Shown piece after piece: positions 58,749 to 64,000 of a stretch of DNA of 64,000 bases. Numbering within the stretch: position 1 is the stretch's first letter; every line of letters begins with the position of its first letter. The DNA comes from an uncultured Acidobacteriota bacterium (GTDB lineage Bacteria; Acidobacteriota; JAQAZP01), in NCBI GenBank assembly GCA_963836075.1, contig CAWIIB010000001.1, positions 1,408,001 to 1,472,000 of the forward strand, written 5' to 3'. The notes under the pieces were generated by a model. It saw only the letters and a list, made by a program, of their open reading frames with translations. It had not been told where the DNA came from and did not search any database. The position numbers were made by a program, and so were the translations under genes.

Positions 58749-61348
58749 TTATTCGGCTGTGGACTTGGCTTGCGGTGCCTCGGACTCCCCATCTGATTCC
58801 GGTAGCTTCGCCCGCCACTCGGCGGCCTTGTCCGGCTTGCCCCAGGCGTCGTAGAGGTTCTGCAATCTCTTTGATTATCACCTTGCAGCCGCTTCGATTC
58901 CTCTCGATGGTCCATGTATCTTGATTGTGTTCTGCGCCACGAAGGGCTGAAAGAAACTCATGCGCTTCGAGCAGCGCGTTCTCAGCTTCGTCGCGCCGCT
59001 CCATAATTGCCAGACACCTGCCATGGTACCAGAGGGTAGCACGCAAACGCCCAATGACTCCGGCTCGACTCTCTTACCCATGCAACATTTAAAGCGTACA
59101 GCGGTTCTGCCTCGTTGTAGCGGCCCTGTTGATAGTAGAGGTCGGCCAAAGATCTCCTGGTAATCATCGTATCAGTGTGCCCCTCGCCCAGTACCTGTCG
59201 GCGGAGATCAAGCGTCCGAACATACAGTAGTTCAGCTTCTTCAAGCCGGCCCTGCCCTTCATACATGACGGCCAGATCTTTCATGGCGTTAAGCGTCCGC
59301 CAATGCTCCTCGCCCAGTACGAGACGGCAGAGTTCGAGGCTCCGCACGAGAAGAGGCTCGGCCTCGTCATACCGGCCCCGGCGACGATAATGCTCTCCCA
59401 GGTTGTTCATGACGGCCAGCGTACTCGGGTGTTTCTCGCCCAAATCCCGCTTCCGGAGTTCAAGTGCCCGCGCGAACAGCGGTTCGGACTCTTCATACCG
59501 GCCCTGGTTGTCAATCACTATGGCCAGCAAGTGCATGGAATTCAGCGTATCCGGGTGCTCCTCACCCTGCACGCGGAGGCGGAGCTCAAGTGTCTGACTG
59601 AACAGGGATTCGGCCTTACCCAACAGGTCCTGGTACAGGTACAGTGCGCCCATGGTTTCCATGATGTTCAGCGTGTGGAGATGCTCCTCACCCAGTAAGC
59701 GATGGCTGAGATCCAGAGCCCGGACGAGCAGCGGCTCGGCCTCATCAGTGCGATCCAGTCTACGGTATATCTCGGCCAAGTCTGCCATTGAGGTCAGCGT
59801 GTCCAGGTGCTCTTCGCCAAGTTCCCGCTTTCGGAGCTTGAACGCGGTCTCAAGATGCTGTTCGGCGGTGGGATATGTCCCCAGCGCATAGTAGGTGTTG
59901 CCGATGGTCCTGTGGAGGGTGGCTTCGACCAACGGCTGATCGGGAAACGCCGTGTCGATGTCTTTCGCAGCCTTGTCCAGCATCCCCTCAACGGTCATCT
60001 CGCGTCCCTGGACCTCCGCCGGGTCCACGGAGGCCAGTGTGTCACTGAGGAACTTGATCGCAGCTTCAGCCTCCTCCTCCGAGGCCAGAGCCCGGTCCTC
60101 CGAGGCCAGCGCCCGGTCCCGCTCCCGCTCGGCCCTGAGATACATCCCGCTACTCACCACTAGACCCACCGCCAGCACGACGAAGATGGCCGTCAGGGCT
60201 CCGAAGAGCGCCTTGTGCCGCCGGGCAAAGATCCGCAGCTGGTAGACGATGCTCGGCGGCCGGCCGACGATCGCCTCGCCGGCAAGATAGCGCCGGATGT
60301 CCTGGGCCAGCTCCACCGCCGACTGGTAGCGGCGCTCCCGCTCCTTCTCCAGGGCTTTGAGCGCGATGGTCTCCACATCGCCTCTGAGCTGCTTGCTGAT
60401 CGTGCTCGGCCGGGTGGGCTGCTCCTCGCGGATCACCCGGGTCACCTCGTGAAAGGCTTTCTTTTTCACGTCGTAGGGCAGCCGGCCGCAGAGCAGCTCA
60501 TACTGCACCACCCCCAGGGCATAGACGTCGCTCCTGGTGTCGATGTCGTGGGGGTCGGCCTCGCACTGCTCCGGAGACATGTACTGCAGGGTGCCGATGA
60601 GCTGGCCCACGTCGGTCTGCAGGGTGGTCAGGGCCATGTCCGAGTCGGTGGAGCGGGCCACGCCGAAGTCGATGATCTTCACCTGCCCCTGGGGACCCAC
60701 CAGGATGTTGCCCGGCTTGAGATCGCGGTGGATGATCCCCTTCTGGTGGCCGTGGTGGACGGCGTCACAGACCTGGGCGAAGAGCTGCATCCGCTCCCTG
60801 GTGCCCAGCTTCTTCTCATCTGCATACTCGGTGACCGGTCGGGCATTGGGGACATACTCCATGGCAAAGTAGGGTATTGGCCCGGTGCCGTCGTCGTGGG
60901 TTCCCGCCTCGTAGACCTGGGCGATGCCCGGGTGCTGGAGCCGGGCCAGGAGCTGCGACTCATACTCGAAGCGTCTGAGGGCGCTGCTGGAGGCGATGCC
61001 GGACTTCATCACCTTGAGGGCCACGGTTCTTCGGGGTTTCTCCTGCAATGCTTCGTAAACCACGCCCATGCCGCCGGTGGCGATCACCCGTTTGATGGTG
61101 TATTGGCCGATCTTTTTAGGGAGGGGCGGTGCTTCGCCCTCGGGCTCGACTGCTGTGTCCGTCACCATGCCGGCCCTCTGCAGGACCGCCGAGGGTTCGG
61201 CGCCATCAGTCAGGATCGCCTCGGCTTCGCTTAGCAGCTCAGGATCGTCCCCGCAGGCTTGATCCAGATAGGCCTTCCGCTCCTCCTCGGGGAGGTTGAA
61301 CGCCTCCCACAGAAGCTCTTTCAGCCGTGCGAATCGCTCGGGTTTCAC
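58749..61348 (-). CDS. Hanks-type Ser/Thr kinase with TM and TPR repeats; two frameshifts in the last ~300 bp
   Basis: GGMGVVY, VALK, HRDLKPGN, DFG and GTLQYMSPE; repeated GEEHxxTL TPRs. The 3' end reassembles across frames into ...LYDAWGKPDKAAEWRAKL...TAA at 58749. Confidence 0.9.
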
Positions 61349-61932
61349 GGGGCAGCTCCCCCTGACAGCTCATGGCGCAGCCACAGCTTGGCCACCTGCC
61401 AGTCCTTGTCAACCGTTCGATCGGATACTCGAAGGACAAATGCGGTTTCCACAACGGTCATTCCGGCAAAGACACGATACTCCACCACCTGAGCCATACG
61501 CTGATCCATCCTGGAGAGGCGGATCAGCGCCTCGTCCAGCTCGAGAATGTTGACGGCTCTTTCAGTCCCTGCGACCAGTTCCTCGTTGAGGGTCACTTTC
61601 TGGCCGTCGCCTCCTCGTTTGGCTGCCGAGCGGCGGCGCTGGTGGTCCACGAGAATCTGTCGCATGGCTCGGGCAGCGGTCCGGAAGAAGTGGGCCCGGT
61701 CCTGCCAGTCGGTGCGTGTCTGGTCAACGAGCCGGAGATACGCCTCGTGAACGATTGCCGTCGGTTGCAGGGTGTGGTCGGCGCGTTGCTGGTGCATCAG
61801 GTCTACGGCGATCCGGTGCAGTTCGTTGTAGACGTGTTCGAAAAGCCGGTCGGTGTATTCACGCCGGCCGGCTTCATCCCCTTGGAGGGAGAGGAGGATC
61901 CCGGTGAGATCTGATGGGGCGTTCTGAATCAT
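61345..61932 (-). CDS. ECF sigma factor, TIGR02999 (Sig-70_X6)-type, paired with the kinase
   Basis: VYNELHRIA, HTLQPTAIVHEAYLRL, HFFRTAARAMRQILVDH, KRGG and TVDKDWQVAKLWL; overlaps the kinase start. Confidence 0.92.
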   Translation of the reverse strand: MIQNAPSDLTGILLSLQGDEAGRREYTDRLFEHVYNELHRIAVDLMHQQRADHTLQPTAIVHEAYLRLVDQTRTDWQDRAHFFRTAARAMRQILVDHQRRRSAAKRGGDGQKVTLNEELVAGTERAVNILELDEALIRLSRMDQRMAQVVEYRVFAGMTVVETAFVLRVSDRTVDKDWQVAKLWLRHELSGGAAP

Positions 61933-62089
61933 GAGGCCACCTTTTACTATTATCCACATGTTTACCCAATACTCAATGATTTTGCTACATTCCCCGGTGC
62001 GTGTTTTCCATCGATTTTGCGTTTTTATGAGTGGAGAATGGCGATCTGACTCGTGTCTCACAACCCCATAATTGATAAGGAGGTCTGTC

Positions 62090-63646
62090 ATGAAACGCCT
62101 ACTGGTTTTACTACTCTTCATAGTCATTCCGGTTTTTGGTATGGCGGCCACGATCCACGTTCCCGGTGACCAGCCAACCATCCAGCAGGGCATCGCTGCG
62201 GCCGTGGACGGGGACACGGTGCTCGTGGCGCCGGGCACCTATGTCGAGAACATCGACTTCCTCGGCAAGGCGATCACGGTAATCAGCGAGCAGGGGCCGG
62301 AGGTGACGATCATCGACGGCGGAAGTCCGACGAACCCCGACTTTGGCAGCGTCGTGACTTTTGATAGCGGTGAAGGGCCGGACTCGAACCTGGAAGGGTT
62401 CACTCTGACCAATGGCACCGGCACCTTATTCGAACCATCTGGTGGTAATCCTGGTTATGAGGGAGGAGGCATTTTTACACATTATTCCTCCCCGGCCATA
62501 ACCGGGAACATCATCACCGGTAACACGTGCCCTGGCATTCACAGTCTTGGTGGGGGAATCTTCGCCCATAATGCATCCCCCACGATTACCGGCAACACGA
62601 TCAGCGGGAACAGCGCTGAAGGGGGAGGGGGAATCGAACTTTCGATGAACTGTTTCTCGAATATCGCCGACAACACGATCACTGGCAATACGGGCCGGGT
62701 TTATGGCGGCGGGATATCGGTGCTCATCGACAGTGACCCGGTGATTTCCAACAACCTCATTTACGAGAATGTGTCGGAAGGCTTAATTGGCTTCGGAGGT
62801 GGTGGAATCCAGGTGGCTTTTCAATGCTCTCCGACAATCACCGGCAACACGATCAGCGGGAATTCGGCCGCCGATGTCGGTGGTGGGATAGACATCCAAA
62901 TCGACTGTCACCCGGTGATCATGAACACAATCTTCTGGGGCAATATTGCACCCACAGGAAGTGAGGGCTATGTTGGTTTCGCAGACTCCCTCGCCATCAG
63001 TTATTCCGATGTGGACGGTGGACAGACCGCGGTCTACGTGGAATCAGGCGGCACCCTAACGTGGGGCGGCGGGATGATCGACGAGGACCCGTTGTTCTGC
63101 ACTGGCCCGTATGGCGACTACCCTGATTACTACCTCAGCCAGGATCCTTGCCAGCCGGGAGTTGACAATCCCTGCGTGGACGAGGGTCATCCGTTCAGTC
63201 CGATGATCGAGGAGACGACCCGCACCGACGGCCATCCTGACAGCGGCACCGTCGACATGGGTTATCACTACCCGCTTCTGGACACCGTCACTGCCGATCT
63301 CAGCTGCGTTCCCGATTCTGGTGTCCTGCCCATTGCCACCCAGTTCAGCGTGACGCTGGGCAACGTCGTTGATTCCCACCGGACGGTCGCCGGACGGATC
63401 AACCTGACCTTGGCCAGTGGTGCGACCTATCAGAGTTGGCGAGCGGGATACACCAACCTGGGGCCGACCGAAACGTTTGTTACCGCTTGGCAGCAAACGC
63501 TGCCGGCGCTGGGGAGCCTGGTGGGGGAGAATGTCTTCGAGCTTGACGCCGAGGATGTGACGCCGCCCCCGTACAACCAGCCGCCCTATCCGCCGGCAGG
63601 GGACACTGCCACAGCATCCTGCATTGTAACGGGGATCACACCCTAA
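62090..63646 (+). CDS. Secreted right-handed parallel beta-helix (pectin lyase-like) protein with the shared 'PYNQPPYPP' C-terminal domain
   Basis: Signal peptide; HVPGDQPTIQQGI...GDTVLVAPGTY.ENIDF; repeated GGGI...P.ITGNTISGN; VDMGYHY; then the C-terminal domain shared with 23927..25708. Confidence 0.9.
   Translation: MKRLLVLLLFIVIPVFGMAATIHVPGDQPTIQQGIAAAVDGDTVLVAPGTYVENIDFLGKAITVISEQGPEVTIIDGGSPTNPDFGSVVTFDSGEGPDSNLEGFTLTNGTGTLFEPSGGNPGYEGGGIFTHYSSPAITGNIITGNTCPGIHSLGGGIFAHNASPTITGNTISGNSAEGGGGIELSMNCFSNIADNTITGNTGRVYGGGISVLIDSDPVISNNLIYENVSEGLIGFGGGGIQVAFQCSPTITGNTISGNSAADVGGGIDIQIDCHPVIMNTIFWGNIAPTGSEGYVGFADSLAISYSDVDGGQTAVYVESGGTLTWGGGMIDEDPLFCTGPYGDYPDYYLSQDPCQPGVDNPCVDEGHPFSPMIEETTRTDGHPDSGTVDMGYHYPLLDTVTADLSCVPDSGVLPIATQFSVTLGNVVDSHRTVAGRINLTLASGATYQSWRAGYTNLGPTETFVTAWQQTLPALGSLVGENVFELDAEDVTPPPYNQPPYPPAGDTATASCIVTGITP
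63284..63646 (+). other. Shared C-terminal domain, copy 2
   Basis: TVTADLSCVPDSG...AGRIN...WRAGYTN...EDVTPPPYNQPPYPPAGDTATASCIVTGITP-stop. Confidence 0.85.
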
Positions 63647-64000
63647 GCGTTCCCACTGCACCTGCTCGGGAGACTACCCGGGCCGGTGCCCTCCTCCTGT
63701 ATGGCCTTTGGGCCTGCAGGCTTCGAGCTATATCATTGTTACTGTGAAATATATACACATGGTGGGGAACGTTTAATCCTCGTCTGACACCAGCGGCCCC
63801 TGGTCACCTGGATCGCCACTTCATCCCAAACATGTACGCTCTGAGCCATTGGCCCGGGGAGCCAGAATTGCGAAAGGTCGCCTTTAACGGTTTTGGCGAT
63901 CTTTTTTTGTTGGTCGACAGCATTGGTAACCGCGATCGAATCAAACGGTTTTCGGTAGTCCGGTGCGAGCTTCCAGTCCCTCCAAATGGAGTTCGAGAAT

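Noticed and set aside
58726-59046. Separate 106-aa gene downstream of the kinase
   Set aside because: It is the frameshifted TPR C-terminus of the kinase; the typical LYDAWGKPDKAAEWR ending appears in an adjacent frame.
60078-60119. 21-bp tandem duplication in the kinase (RALASED/RALASEE)
   Set aside because: An ordinary heptad expansion in the coiled-coil linker typical of these kinases.

Overview
A 64-kb high-GC bacterial chromosomal segment. The gene content (lipid A-type modification genes, mglBA after dnaX-ybaB-recR, a TIGR02999-type ECF/Ser-Thr kinase pair) suggests a diderm Acidobacteriota- or Deltaproteobacteria-like lineage (inference). Most of it is housekeeping or metabolic: NupC transporter, PEPCK-like enzyme, aspartate aminotransferase fusion, flotillin, tRNA nucleotidyltransferase, pruA, uvrC, thiC, def, split transketolase, YitJ-type methionine synthase/MTHFR, radical SAM enzymes, tadA, four tRNAs, large-type SRP RNA, dnaX-ybaB-recR-mglBA. 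Two accessory patches are visible: a 2.4-kb ArnT/PAP2 cassette bounded by ~55-bp direct repeats, and a lower-GC region after tRNA-Asn carrying an ECF sigma/kinase pair and a secreted beta-helix protein. The most striking observation is a ~120-aa C-terminal domain (motifs WRAGYTN and EDVTPxPYNQPPYPPAGDTA, two flanking Cys, ~52% identity by manual alignment) shared by two otherwise unrelated signal-peptide proteins about 39 kb apart. It is a candidate protein sorting or surface-anchoring signal. Other notable items: an AspAT fused to a degenerate HPr kinase/PEPCK-like domain, a kinase-like membrane protein, a probable CC-adding enzyme, a perfect 30-bp palindrome and a sigma54-type promoter in front of a small ORF. 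Several single-base frameshifts look like long-read errors. All calls come from motifs read by eye; no database search was run.
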